Translations under genes and position numbers: made by a program
Notes under the pieces: generated by a model
The model's database searches: none
The model's input: only the letters and a program-made list of their open reading frames with translations
What the model was told of the DNA's origin: nothing
Part shown: positions 1 through 12,200 of the stretch, one piece after another
Layout: each line of letters begins with the position of its first letter
Position numbering within the stretch: the stretch's first letter is position 1
Origin: Fistulifera solaris
Taxonomy: Eukaryota
Assembly (NCBI GenBank): GCA_030295235.1
Contig: AP026157.1
Coordinates: 434,001 to 470,601, forward strand
Reading direction: 5' to 3'
Length of the DNA stretch: 36,601 bases

Positions 1-16
1 GAAGCTAGAGGGGGTC

Positions 17-3000
17 GTGGTGAATTTCGGAGTCACGGAAAAGGGTTCTGTCTTTCGATTTCCTTTTACGAAGAAGTCGTTGACGTTCCATGCGACACAT
101 GACCGACTTCCACGTTTAGCGACGGATGCTGTTGAAGACCTCTCTGCGTTTCCGAGTTTTACGCCGCCTCAGGTTGCTGTGGAAGAAAATGTTCATCTTT
201 CACCGGGGCAGTGCGAGTTGAAACTGTTACACGATCGTTTGGGACACTTTAATTTCCCTTGGATTCAGCGACTCACGCGAGTTCGCGAGGGGGATAGAGT
301 GCAGGAGCCCATTTTGCGAACAAAATACAAGTCTACGTCCTCTTGTGCGCCGCCAATCTGTGCTTCGTGTCAGTTTGGCAAGGCAAAACGAAAGGCTATT
401 GGAACGGAAAACAAGTCGAAAGTCCCAGAGAGAGACGGTTCGTTGAAAGAAGGTATCTTGACGCCAGGTCAGATGGTATCGACGGATCAGTACGTGTCAA
501 GTGTGTCGGGTCGACGATCGCATACTTACGGGAAAGAGCAAGAGCAAGACAAGTTCAAGTGTGGGACAATCTTTGTGGATACGCTACGACGTACCTGTAT
601 GTCGAAAATCAAGTGTCCACGTCGTCAACGGAAACTATTCAATCAAAACATATGTTCGAGAGAGCTTCGTTCGTATGGAGTTGAAGTCAAGGAGTACCGC
701 GCAGATTTAGGAGTGTTCAAGTCGCAGGAATTTCTGAAGGATTTGGAGTTGCAAGGACAGCGAATCCATTTCTCCGGTGTCGGTGCACACCATCAGAACG
801 GAATTGCAGAGAACGCGATCCAAACTGTGACAGAAAGCGCGAGGACGATGCTACTGCACGCGATGATTCACTGGCCAAGCGAAACGTTGGTGGACTTATG
901 GCCATTTGCGGTAGACTATGCGGTGTACTTATGGAACAGGTTACCGAAGCAGGATTCGGGACTTGCACCGGTCGAGCTACTGTCTGGAGTTACGATGGAT
1001 ATGAGTGTACTTCAGCGAATGAGAGTGTTTGGATGTCCGTGCTACGTTCTGGATACTAGGATTCAAGACGGAAAGAAATTACCGAAGTGGAAGCCGAAAA
1101 GTCGAAGAGGTCAGTTCTTGGGAATGTCGAAGCGACACGCAAGTACAATTGGGCTTATTAGGAATTTGAGAACGGGAGCGGTTTCGCCACAGTTTCACGT
1201 GGTGTACAATGACAAGTTCACGACGATTCCGTTGATTCCGAAACCTGATGTCGAAGAGCCCGAACCAAAGGATTGGGAAGAGTTACTTACGTTTAGCCGA
1301 GATAAAGTTGAACCCGAGGATGGACAAGAATTACCTTTGCTACACGAGGATTGGTTGACTGACGAAGAAAAGAAACAGAGAGAGTTGTTAATTCGACGAC
1401 AAACACAAGAGAGAAACTTGGCTCCGGGACCTCGCCATCGAGAACCGAGAGTCGAGCGAATCAGATTCATGCGGATCAAGATCAAGATGAAGTTCCTATG
1501 TTTGCTCCAGAGAGAGATGATAGTGATGATGAGGATGTGGAAGAACCTGCTCCTCGTCGAAGTGAGAGACCGCTGACGTTGGAATCGCGAAGTATTACGG
1601 TTCCGATTTCGTAAATCGGCCTGTTAGTCGTGGAAGATTTTATGGGCCCGGCGATGACAACATTGAAGAAGTTTATATTGCTGAGCGCGATATGACGAAA
1701 TTCGGAAAGGAGACCGAGTCTGAGCTGATAGAGAAAGTACAGAAAGAGTTTGGTCTTCCGTCGGAGAATGAAGCTTTTCTGGCGAGTCTGGATTTTGATG
1801 GGGACATCTTGTCGCGGGAAATTGGGGTGCGCATGCTTTGTTGATGCGATCGAACGTCGATGAGGACGGATTGCTCGATGATTTGCATCCTTTGGCGTTT
1901 GCTGCGAAAGCGAACAACGAAGACACTCCGAATTACCACCAAGCGATGAATGGACCGAATAGTGAGGGCTATCGTCAAGCGATGGTCAAAGAGATCGAGT
2001 CGTTGGAAAGTTTGGATCCTTGGGACGTGGTTCCGAGATCTGACGCAGTTGAAAAGGGAGCGAATATCTTGCCGAGCACTTGGGCGTTCAAATGCAAAAA
2101 GATACCCCGATGGTCGGATCAAGAAATTTAAGGCGAGATGGTGCATTCAGCGGAGATCGTCAAATTGAGGGAGTCGATTTCTTTGAGACGTATGCCCCGG
2201 TGGTTTCGTGGAGTACCGTTCGTCTGCTGTTGATTCTGTCGATCGTCTTGGGCTTGGCTACGAAGCAAGTCGACTATACGTTGGCGTTTGTGCAAGCTGA
2301 CCTGAACGAGGAAGTGTTCTGTGAAATGCCGAAAGGATTCGAGCGTCCGGGATACGTGTTGAGATTGAAGAAAAGTGTTTATGGGTTAAGACAGAGTCCC
2401 TTGAACTTCTTTAATTGTTTGAAGAAGGGATTGGAAGATCGAGGATTTGTTCAGTCGAAGAATGAACCTTGTTTGTTTATGTCGAGAAAAGTTGTTTGCT
2501 TGACTTACGTTGATGATTGCCTGTTCTTCGCACGTGAGGAACGCGACATCGATGCAGTGATTGACGATCTGTGTAACAACGAAAAGTTCCAGAGATTTCA
2601 GTTGAATATTGAAGACGATGTTGCTGGATTTCTTGGGATTTTGATTCAAAGAAAGGAAGATGGATCGATTGAGCTTTTGCAAAAGGGATTGATTGATCGG
2701 ATTTTAGTCACGATGGGTTTACAGGATTGTCGGACGAGTTCGACTCCTGCTGAATCGAAAACGCTTGGAAAGGATTCTGATGGAGAAGACTGTGTTGAGA
2801 AGTGGTCGTATGCCTCAGTTGTCGGAATGATGATGTATTTGGCGTCGAACTCGCGACCAGATATTGCGTTTGCGGTGCATCAATGTGCTAGGTTCACGCA
2901 CTGCCCGAAACGTATTCACGAGATAGCATTGAAACGAATTGGTCGTTATTTGAAAGCAACGAGTGATCGAGGGATGATTATTCGTCCGGATAAAGACTTG

Positions 3001-3516
3001 AGATTGGATCTTTACGTGGATGCCGATTTCGGCGGGATTATGGAATTCCGAAGACGCCGAACGATCCTACGAGTGTGAAAAGTCGTACTGGGTATGTTAT
3101 TACGCTTGGAGGTGTTCCGGTGCTTTGGGGATCTAAGTTGCAAAGCGAGATTTCGTTGTCTACTACGGAAGCGGAATTTATCGCAGCGTCTATGGCAATG
3201 AGACAGTTGTTACCCGTACGAAGTTATGGAAGAGCTGACGGAGCATTTCAAGATCGAGCGGAGTGCAGAGTCTACTGTTTCTATTGTGTGGGAAGACAAC
3301 AATGGAGCGCTTACTATGATGAACAACTCTTATCCAAAGATGACCCCTCGGACAAAGCATATTGCTTGCAAGTATTGGTGGTTCATTTCGCATATCAAAG
3401 ATGGAGAGATCGAAGCGAGACGAATCGATACAGCTGAGCAGAAGGCGGATATATTTACGAAGGGCTTGTCGAAAGGAGAGTTCGAAACAAAGCGCAGGTT
3501 ATTGATGGGTTGGTGA
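17..3516 (+). CDS. Copia pol polyprotein (partial), split over several frames by single-base indels
   Basis: ORFs 17..1576, 343..684, 1838..2131, 1950..2168, 2080..3078, 3075..3437 and 3226..3516 carry consecutive pieces of INT/RT/RNase H. The chain ends ...KRRLLMGW* at 3516. Confidence 0.9.
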
Positions 3517-3591
3517 GACTCGTCGAAGTTATATGTGTTTAGAGAGATTTAGGATTTTAGGAAGAAGTTCGAAGCTACGATTGAGAGAGAG

Positions 3592-3807
3592 AACGAGAGT
3601 TATTGATAGATTGAGTCACGAGTTACGATTCAACGTATGACGGACTTACGTCAGTGTATTGGCGAGCAATCTTGTTCGAACGTAAGAAGTAGGATGATAA
3701 TTATATAGTGTGTTGTGAGTTACCGATTGGCTTTGTTATCGAAGTTGATCTTGTTATTGCGGTTATTCATTGGATAATCGCTCAGAGGAACATTTATCTT
3801 CGCTAGT
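3592..3807 (+). repeat. Putative 3' LTR, preceded by a polypurine tract (GAGAGAGAG, about 3583-3591)
   Basis: Non-coding stretch directly after the PPT-like tract, about 65 nt past the pol stop, with TATA-like TTATATAG near 3701. ASPM-like host sequence begins at 3808. The 5' LTR is not in the window, so the ends are unverified. Confidence 0.45.
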
Positions 3808-3863
3808 CGCTGAGCGACAGCATGAGAGGCTTCTTGGTTTCTAGCCAAAACTAGGGCGATGTT
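3808..3863 (-). pseudogene. Relic fragment of the ASPM last exon
   Basis: 3808-3855 aligns ungapped to 9293-9340 (ASPM terminal exon) with 44/48 identities counted by eye, in the same orientation. Confidence 0.8.
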
Positions 3864-4202
3864 TATTCCATTCACGAAAACGAATGCTTCCTATGCCGGG
3901 ACTGATTAGAAGGGGTTTAGTCGGACGAATTCCGAAAAGATTGATTATTATTCGCTACCTCGTAGAGCGAGCAAGCTAGGATTTATCAATGAAGTTACTC
4001 AAACAGACTCAACGCTAAACAAAGGGATCGCTTCATTTCGTGTTGTTGTGGATAATAGGCGTTCAGCATTAAGGAAGACTTTAAATGCGAAATGCATTTG
4101 CTTGCTGTCCTGCTTAAAAAAGAAATTGTGCGGAAATATTGCTGGAACAGTGCCATGATAAGTATCGCAAACGCCCTAGCTCCATTGTCCCTGTTTTTTG
4201 TG

Positions 4203-5751
4203 TTAGGGTAGTATTGCCCCGTTCATCACTTTGTATTCGAATTCTTCTCCGTAAGGTTGACTCTTAATATTAACCAGGTCGAGAACATTGGGCCGATTTG
4301 CGAAACTATACATGGAGACCTCTCTCCTAGGATTTCCTGGAGACCAAGTTACATGCCGAATTCTTTTTCCCTCAGAGTCATAAATGTTGAACGACACAAA
4401 TTGTTCACGGTACCATGGCCAAGACGTGAAACATCGCGTTGTGATTAAAAATCTTAATTGCCCAGGATAAGGTGCAGGTTGAACGAAGATACTTTCAATA
4501 ATGCCCGGCACAGACCAATCAATATCGTGAGTTCCCATATCAAAATCTGAGAGCATGCCTGGAACAGTTGCTCCTGTCACTGTAGCTACCGTTGGAGAAA
4601 AGTCAAAAGTAGGAAAAGTGGAGGCTTGCAAGTTCCAACGAGTTGCTGTAAACGGCTGTGGTGGCGTAATCTCCTTGCAAAGCTTTCCGGCAGACATGGC
4701 TGTGATAGAAGCTGATGCCATCTGGCATACTTTATCGGCCTTATTAAGGGCCCTCTTGCAGGCAGCCGCGATAAGAATTCCTTCTCCCGTAGGTCCAGCT
4801 GCCAGCAAATCTATAGCCGCACCGATTGCTATGCACGTTGTAGTTTTGAAGGTTTCAATTTGAAGTGCGGTGCAAGTGAGGTCCACGAGGTCGACGGCAA
4901 GTTCGCAAACTTCCTCCACAGCTGTTGTATCGTCTTCCGTCTGGACATTGATCCAGAAATAATATTTGCCATTGTACGGTACCCCATACGCAACCGTCTT
5001 TTGTGTAAGTTTGTGAGTCTTCTGAGAGTTCGTAACAAAGACGAAGATAGGGCGTCGGTGTACGGTTCGCCACACTTGTTGATTTGAAGCACAACGCGTC
5101 GGTAGCCAGATGAAGTATCAGCGCTTCTAACAATACTATCTTCCAGCACCTCAACTTCGAGTGCATCTCCTTCCTCGGCATCGCTCGGGCTTTGAAACCC
5201 CATTCCTTCAGGTCGCATATTCACTGTTAAGTCATCCGTGCACGCAGGGTGGCATTTGGCAATGAAACTCGGTTCGGGCCTTCCGTGTTGAATGATGTTG
5301 TGTATTGCCTGCCGTTGATCTCTACAGCAATATCAGCTTCTGTAGGAGAAGTCCAGTTAATATTAAGGATGAAATCTTCCGCGGTGTTTGAAACTCTGCC
5401 AATGCGTCCGCTCTCATCAACACGCAAGTTCACTAAATCGTAATCGCCGCCGACAAAGAAATCGGTGACCGTGCTTGCGGTGCCGTTGGTGTTCTTCGCT
5501 CCGTGAATCTCAATCTTTTCTCCCCGTATGTTGTCGAAAGAATCTTGCTTCCTGGACCTGAATCAAAAGTAAAGTCGTTGATATCGATCTTCTCTTCCTT
5601 GTCGCGACGGTTCTTGAAGAAATAGCTTCGATCTAGCAAGATGGAGTTCTCCGCTGCCTTCGTTGAGTAAGCCGAAAACGGCACGGCCCCTTCGACACAA
5701 GCAGTAATGCAGTAGTTACGACCCCAAACAGAAGCGCAAAGCGACGTGCAT
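4203..5751 (-). CDS. Intronless, probably secreted protein of unknown family (about 500 aa once repaired) with a 6-Cys helical region. Frameshifted; start uncertain.
   Basis: ORFs 5433..5837, 5227..5433, 4829..5224 and 4203..5075 join into one frame if one base is restored in short runs near 5523, 5230 and 5052. A possible signal-like start MHVALRFCLG at 5751 needs further indels. Confidence 0.65.
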
Positions 5752-6099
5752 TGTAGAGCTGGTGTGATGTGTTTGTCATCGTGAATCTCTAGTCTTGGGA
5801 ACGGCGTTTGGAAATGAAACAGAGCAGATAAACTCACAATGCAGCCTTTTCATGTATTTGCGATGAAATGAAATTTTTGCTCAATTGTCACAAAATCTGT
5901 GATTGCGACCTATGTGCATATCATCATGCTGTTCGAGTTCGAGGCGCGTGAGCTGTGAGCTGGAACGAGGTAAAACCAGGTACGATACTGTACATTGTAC
6001 ATGGAACTACAGTTAAGCCAAACAGAACTGGGTGAACGGCTTTTGTAGGTTGCCCACAGAACACAGAATGCACCTATACAAATAAGACATTCAGTCACG

Positions 6100-6308
6100 G
6101 CCCGTCGTCGTCAAATACGTCGTATCAGTTATCCATCCCTAGATGACAAGGTTCATTGAGAGGTCCAATATAGTTGCGATTTTATATTCACTCCCAAGAG
6201 TTCACATGCGTGCGCTTAAATGCCGTGCAACACTGATGTGAACGGCGACTGGCCCGTTTAAGAAAATAAAGTGATGATGATTCGGAAAAGAACTCTACTT
6301 GTGATCAA
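6100..6308 (-). pseudogene. Second, deletion-riddled relic of the ASPM 3' coding region
   Basis: 6217-6265 matches 9799-9847 at 40/49 ungapped (FLKRASRRSHQCCTAF vs FLERATRYSRQCCTAF). 6186-6210 matches 9714-9738. 6100-6130 weakly matches about 9401-9435. The pieces are collinear with ASPM. Confidence 0.75.
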
Positions 6309-6319
6309 TTAATGACTAA

Positions 6320-7447
6320 TTACTGCGCGAATGCTTCCAAGAGTACGACCCCCAACACCAGTCCAGCTACATGAGAATAAAGAGCAACGGCATTGAAGAA
6401 GCGTCCCGATCCAGACGATGCAGGTGTTGTCGGTTCTTGGTTATTGTCAGACGAGTTGCTTCCAACACCCGAGGGTGAACCCGTTGTTTCGACTGGAGCT
6501 GCATCCGTAGCAGTAGGTGGTGATGGTGTCACAGGATTAGCGACAGGTGCTGGTGTGACAGGATTGGCGACAGGTGCTGGCTCTGGTTCTCCCTCGACGA
6601 TGCCTTGCGACTGCAACGTGAATTCAAACAATTGACCGTCCGAATTGGCGGGCTCGGAAACTAAAATGTAGTACTCGATACCAGTCTCGGCGGTCCACTC
6701 GATTGTGGATCCCCATGTACTACCGGAGGTGACACAAACGTCTCTATCACCACTACGAGACTGGATCCCTAACACTTCTCGGGTATTGCCAGTGGTGGCT
6801 CGCAGAGCCAGCGATTCTTGAGCATAAGTGGTAGTGTACTTGAACCAAACTCCGTTTTCACCAAACAAACCGCAGACGTCTTGAGAAAAATCCGAAAGAG
6901 CACCTACTGTGGTGAAATCCCCCCGAAAAGGAAGATCATCTTGTGTCAACGCAACAGCAGTCTCCATGCTGTCATTTGCGGGAGGCTCTAACTCTTCGAC
7001 GAAAAGCGTATAGGGGTCACTCCCATCGGCGTCACTAAAGACGAAGATGAAATACTCGACTCCAACTTCTGCTTGGAAGACCAAATCGTTAAAAGTGGCA
7101 GACGAATCTTCACATTTCAGAGACTCACAAGAGCCTGTAACAGCTACCGTTGCCACCGAAAACATAAATCCTTCCATCACCTCCACGGACACGCGGACCA
7201 TGGTTGGTTTCGAGGCAATGTAACGGAACCAAAAGCCAGCTGGAAACGCCGAAGATCCCGAGGCGAGAGCGTCATCGCAGATAGAGAGAGTGGAAAAATA
7301 GTAGGAATTATCCACAGGTTCTACCGATGACGGAGTGAACGAAAAAGGCGCCGTAATGCTTTGTGGAGCACTGCAAGACGTTTGAGCCTGCACCAGAGCT
7401 GTCTGGAGCGTCGTCGTGAGCAACGCTAGTAGTAGCGACGCCATCAT
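6320..7447 (-). CDS. Secreted, probably GPI-anchored or membrane-anchored cell-surface protein with two repeated beta-rich domains and a Pro/Thr/Ser stalk
   Basis: Signal peptide MMASLLLALLTTTLQTALVQA from the ATG at 7447. Two similar modules: GFWFRY...FQAEVGVEYFIFV and GVWFKY...WTAETGIEYYILV. PAPVANPVT occurs twice. A Ser/Gly spacer precedes a C-terminal hydrophobic tail. The ORF is uninterrupted. Confidence 0.85.
   Translation of the reverse strand: MMASLLLALLTTTLQTALVQAQTSCSAPQSITAPFSFTPSSVEPVDNSYYFSTLSICDDALASGSSAFPAGFWFRYIASKPTMVRVSVEVMEGFMFSVATVAVTGSCESLKCEDSSATFNDLVFQAEVGVEYFIFVFSDADGSDPYTLFVEELEPPANDSMETAVALTQDDLPFRGDFTTVGALSDFSQDVCGLFGENGVWFKYTTTYAQESLALRATTGNTREVLGIQSRSGDRDVCVTSGSTWGSTIEWTAETGIEYYILVSEPANSDGQLFEFTLQSQGIVEGEPEPAPVANPVTPAPVANPVTPSPPTATDAAPVETTGSPSGVGSNSSDNNQEPTTPASSGSGRFFNAVALYSHVAGLVLGVVLLEAFAQ
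6523..6580. repeat. 27-bp coding tandem duplication (PAPVANPVT x2)
   Basis: GGTGTCACAGGATTAGCGACAGGTGCT is followed by GGTGTGACAGGATTGGCGACAGGTGCT. Confidence 0.85.
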
Positions 7448-9255
7448 GAAGCAGTAGTCATGGCGACGAAAAACAGGCGAGCGATGATGAATCATTTCAA
7501 GGCGTTGTTCAGATGGTAAGAGGAAAATACAACTGCAAATTATAAAAGATCTTTGTTGGCACTTTTTGATTTGGTTGCGATGATGTTGCGAGTTAGAAAC
7601 TGCGAGGATAACATCGGGGGCAATGCTCTCTTCTGTGTAATAATTATTTTAATAATTATTTGATTTGTTATGTAAAAGGTTGTTTTGAACTGTACTGTTG
7701 ACTCACGCTAGAGTGACTGAAATGTGATAGGTGGCAAAGGAAGGGGCAATACTACACTGCAACTGGAGTATGATGTATAGTACATAAGAATGAATCTTCA
7801 TTCGACTTTCGACTATTCCGATTAGCGGTCGTTGACCCTACGTCATCATCCATTACCGGTTAGTCCGCCCGCGCCCTCCCATCCGGTTACGACCTTACGT
7901 CGACCGTTCGCCATGACTCCTTTTCGAGCGAGCCGGCTTCTAAAAAACTTCACCTGCTTTCCGTTGATGTTTTAAGTAATTATTCCTTCAAAGAAAATAC
8001 TTAAAGAATTCCGTGACAAACTGCCAAATTCAAATCTTTGCTGGGTTCTTTCACGTCAAAACGAATCTCACCTCTCACACAACCACAACCGACAACACTC
8101 CTCTCACAACGCCCCCATGCATGATTTTTATGTTCACTGTTCACCATTTATTTGCGTAAGTGTTTGTGTTCGATTGATTGCTTGTTTCCTTTGCCACTTA
8201 CAACTTTCATTCGCCATTTTCGCAGATATTTTACGTCGATTAATGCACCGATCACCTCTTTCGGCGTATCGGTGTTCGTCATTCTTGCTCGTCGCATTGC
8301 TCGTTGCATTGCTTTTCTTTCTTCAAGAGTATTCTTTTGCTTAGTTACGTGAACTGCGATCAAGCGATTGAGTTCCCTTGCGAGCCGATTGGTTCACATC
8401 TGCTACGGTGCTCGACTTTTCCAATTGTTGATTGCTGGTTAGCCTGTTGGTCGGTCTTCTTTTTTTTGCTCATCTGGTCACTCACTTGTCATTCAATCAA
8501 TTGCTAAGTTGTTCAGTTCTTCAAGTTGATAGCTTCGATGATCTTTTCTTCCCTGTCCTTGCAATTAAACTTCGAATTGTTCGCTCGTTCGAGTGAATAA
8601 AAGCCTGTTTTCTCGCAGGTGAAACGTTCCCACACGAAGACACGTGAATCAGCGCATGCGCTGATGACTATGATTGCTAGTTTGACGGGTTCGGATCCTA
8701 GTAGCAGATTGCTTGCTTGGAGTTCGATTATTGTATTATAGACGTCGTAGCATAAGTAGCTACCTATTTGAGCTTTTTGAATAGAAACATCAATGTCAAA
8801 GCGGATTGATTCACATATCATTGTAATGCTTAGATTTATCTTCAAGTCTTCCTTTCATATCACCGCGGACTTCGAATTAAACTGATTTTGGCACAAGAAC
8901 TAGAATAATAACATGAGCACTCTTCATTCACTTGATAAATCGAAAGAACGAGGAGACACCTCTTCTTCTCGCTCGTCCTATCTGCTTAATTGTTGAGTGA
9001 ACAAGCGCAGAGTAATGACAAGCTGAAGATGATTTGTTGCTGCATGCGTCGAGCGGGGAAAGAGCTGGTAAGGTACGATATCATCACGGCAAATTGATAT
9101 TCTGACTCCATCCGTGAGAAATGCATAGTGAAACCGATATACCCAAACTCTCACTAATACGAAATTACGCTATCGAAGGCACAAAACATGGAGTACGCCC
9201 CATTTCAATCAGAATCACGCAACAAATTATCATGAGGATGTCGCGACGGCCATGA

Positions 9256-12200
9256 CTAAGCAACCATCCGTTGTAAGATCTTGTGCAAAAGACGCTGAGC
9301 GACAGCATGAGAAGCTTCTTGGTTTCTTGCTAGAACTAGGCGGTGCTTCGGATCCTGTCTACTGACTCGATTGCGATTGGAGTTCTCAACAAGTATGTGA
9401 GCCCGGCGAGAAGAGACGACGTCGTAAACAGCTTGCAGACGCTTCTTGTTTTCTTTCGACTTGCAATAGCCCTGTGTAAAATGTGAGATTAACGCTCGAG
9501 AAAGCTATCGGTTGAGGGCAGGCAATGAATCATCGTACCATCAGATCTACATTTGCCCTGACAGACTTTAACAAAAGTGCAACGGAGAGACTGAAAACAA
9601 CCTCCTTGTCGCGAAACATTTGAAGCAAGTCCAAGAAAATTCGAACGCCAGTAATTGTAGCGACCGAAGGTAAAAGCTCGTCGAAGCGTGCAACGTTCGA
9701 CAATGTCAAAAGGATCCACTCCAAGAGCTCAACATGCGGGAGACTCCGATTGCAGCTCCTTACAAGAGAAAATAGAATATCGGGCGCTCCTGCTTGCGTA
9801 AATGCCGTGCAACATTGGCGTGAATAACGAGTGGCACGTTCAAGAAACTGGATCGAGTCAAGTATGTCCGAAAGGCCCGAGCTCTTTCGCAGCCTGATCA
9901 AGGCTCGCTTGGTTTTGTTGCATAACCGAAGATCGGGATTCATCGTCGAGTTAATCTTTGCGACTTGAACTCTCTGCATTCGGCTTGCCGCTAAAGGATC
10001 CTTTGCGCGAACTGAAAAACCACGGAATGCACCTTGAAGTTGAACGAAACCGGCTGTCATTTTTCGGAATGCCTTCTGCATTCGACACTGCTTCCAGCTT
10101 AAAGCTATTTTTCTGGCGGATGTGTGTTGCAACATGCGCCGAGAGTGTTCACGGTAACTGCACTGAATGATCCGAGCAGAGCGCTCTTTGCAGAAGGTCA
10201 ATGCGAGATGGTCATCTCTGCAAGATTCAGCGTGCTTTCTGCCCAACCAGCCACGAAACAGAGATTGAATAGTCACGGCGGAGAGCTCCATGCATATGAA
10301 ATACGTTACACTGACATAGGCACGCCACGCTCCTTGAATTTGAGTAGCGGCGAAATGCTGCAAGGCCAAGTCTGCTCTTTGGATGTGACCGCGGACAACT
10401 CTTTGCACCTGGGTGATGGCAACTTTTCGAACAAGAAACTTTGACCGAAGAAAAAACATCCTCAATGCGGCTTGGATTTTAATTGCACTAGAAGATTGTC
10501 TTCTTAGGTGCCGTACAACCAAAGATCGTCTTGCGGATGACTGAAGGCGTACTATGTCAGCCCTTCTCTGGGCAACTTTAGATACTGCGATGAAGCGTCG
10601 GGCAGCTGCCTGGATTTGAATGCAACTCAGGATGGCCATCATGTAATCGACATGCTTTGTGTAGCATCTCCAGGTTTTCTGAAGTTTTGTGGCGGCGCGA
10701 CCGCGCCGTATAGATACTCGAGCAAGGTAGCCCCGCACAAAGCGTTGAAGAACTACCGCCGCTGATAATTCTGCACGTGACTGAGAGAAGCGTGCTTTCA
10801 TGCTGTACATACGAACGGCCGATTGAATCCTTATAATTGACTTTCTCCGCTCATTAGCCGCTCGTCTTGCCATCCACATCCGCGCAACAGACTGAACAAT
10901 AACAATATCTACCAACTCGATGTAGTAATCGATTCGGGCTACATGCCCCCTGAATACACGTTGAATGTGCACGGCGCTCTTCCTCACATTCATAGTCTCT
11001 CTTTGCACAAGATAGCCACGGAATCGGCATTGAATGACTTGCGCGGCTCGTATTTCATTGTTTCGAGCTACGACCATCATATTCGTAGCGAGTTTTGCAA
11101 GCCAAACACGACACGCGCATTGAATCATCAACAAATTGGCTCTTCGGTTCTCAGCCAGCCGACAGGACAACCATTTCCGTACACAGGACTGGATTCGGAT
11201 AGTGCTAGATCGAATCAGTGAATACCTTTTCGTAGCAATGAATGAGCGACAGATAGCTTGCGCGAAAATGATTTGCAAGCGAATACTCTGGTACTTTGCG
11301 TTTGCTGATTTCTGCCGTGTCCAAGCTTGAAGGACACTAGCAGAATTGTGCAATCGCAATATTTCGTTCCTCGATCTCATTCCTCGGATGCGCGCCTGTA
11401 ACCTCCTGACACCCAATTCGACTGTGGGCAATAGTTTGGTAAGATACCTGTCTCGTAATGAATAACGTCTCCAAGTTGCCTGAATGCAACACGCTGCGTG
11501 ATCAGCATGACGGAAGTGTTTTCGCGCTATTGCACTCCGCCAATAATTTTGAATAACAATTGCATGTTGTCTTAGCATGTGAAAGTGAGAACGTGCGACC
11601 TGACGCCTATATGCACTCTGTACGCGTAGGCAGGCGCTCGATAAGGTAGCTACGCGAGATATGGCAACATGTCGGCGCCAAGCACCCTGGATTTGAGTGG
11701 CAGCAAGGCGTCTCGACTCTATATCTTTCTCAATAAGGACCTTAACTCGATATCGAAGATAAGCGATCTGATTTGAAGAATCAAGTGAGCTCAATGAAAC
11801 TGGAATAAAGTTGGAGTTTTTCAACAAGATACATACCTGAATACAACGGGCTGATTGATTTTCTTTGCGAGCCTTGCGAGCAAGAAGGTGACATTTGGTC
11901 TTTTCTTGCAAAAGTAGAACAGCTTGAAGACGCCTTTTATATTCCTGTCGTGCAAGGAAGCGCCTGGCCACGGCTTGAACAGTTATGATATCGATGAAAG
12001 CAAGCTGGAGATTGATCTGGGCCAGGAAAATCTTCCAAATACGCTGAATCTTACATGCGGATTGGACCATTCTATTGTGACGACGCGCTCGGAAAGATTT
12101 CCAGTGCTTCTGGATAACTGTGGAAGCCGCTTCCATCAACTGTTGATGCAATTGCGAAGCATTTCTACGCCACCAATGCTGGATCGTGACGGCCGCATCG

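Larger units (their letters stand above)
1..3807 (+). mobile_element. Ty1/copia LTR retrotransposon (CoDi-like), 3' half: integrase, RT, RNase H, PPT and probable 3' LTR. The 5' part lies outside the window.
   Basis: Domain order is INT-RT-RH, as in copia. Integrase: HDRLGH...CASC Zn finger, VSTDQY / YRADLG / HQNGIAE catalytic motifs, then KWKPKSRRGQFLG. RT: YAPVVSWSTVR, LKKSVYGLRQSP, YVDD. RNase H: YVDADF, KSRTGY, EAE, EDNNGA, TKHI, ADIFTK. A purine tract follows the pol stop. The right boundary is approximate. Confidence 0.95.

Noticed and set aside
7639..7660. Tandem palindrome AATAATTATT x2 upstream of the surface-protein gene
   Set aside because: It is short, AT-only and low in complexity, with no independent support for function.
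8085..8120. Minus-strand GAGAGGAG|TGTTG resembling a PPT-LTR junction of a second retroelement
   Set aside because: There are no RNase H or RT motifs upstream on that strand and no second LTR copy.
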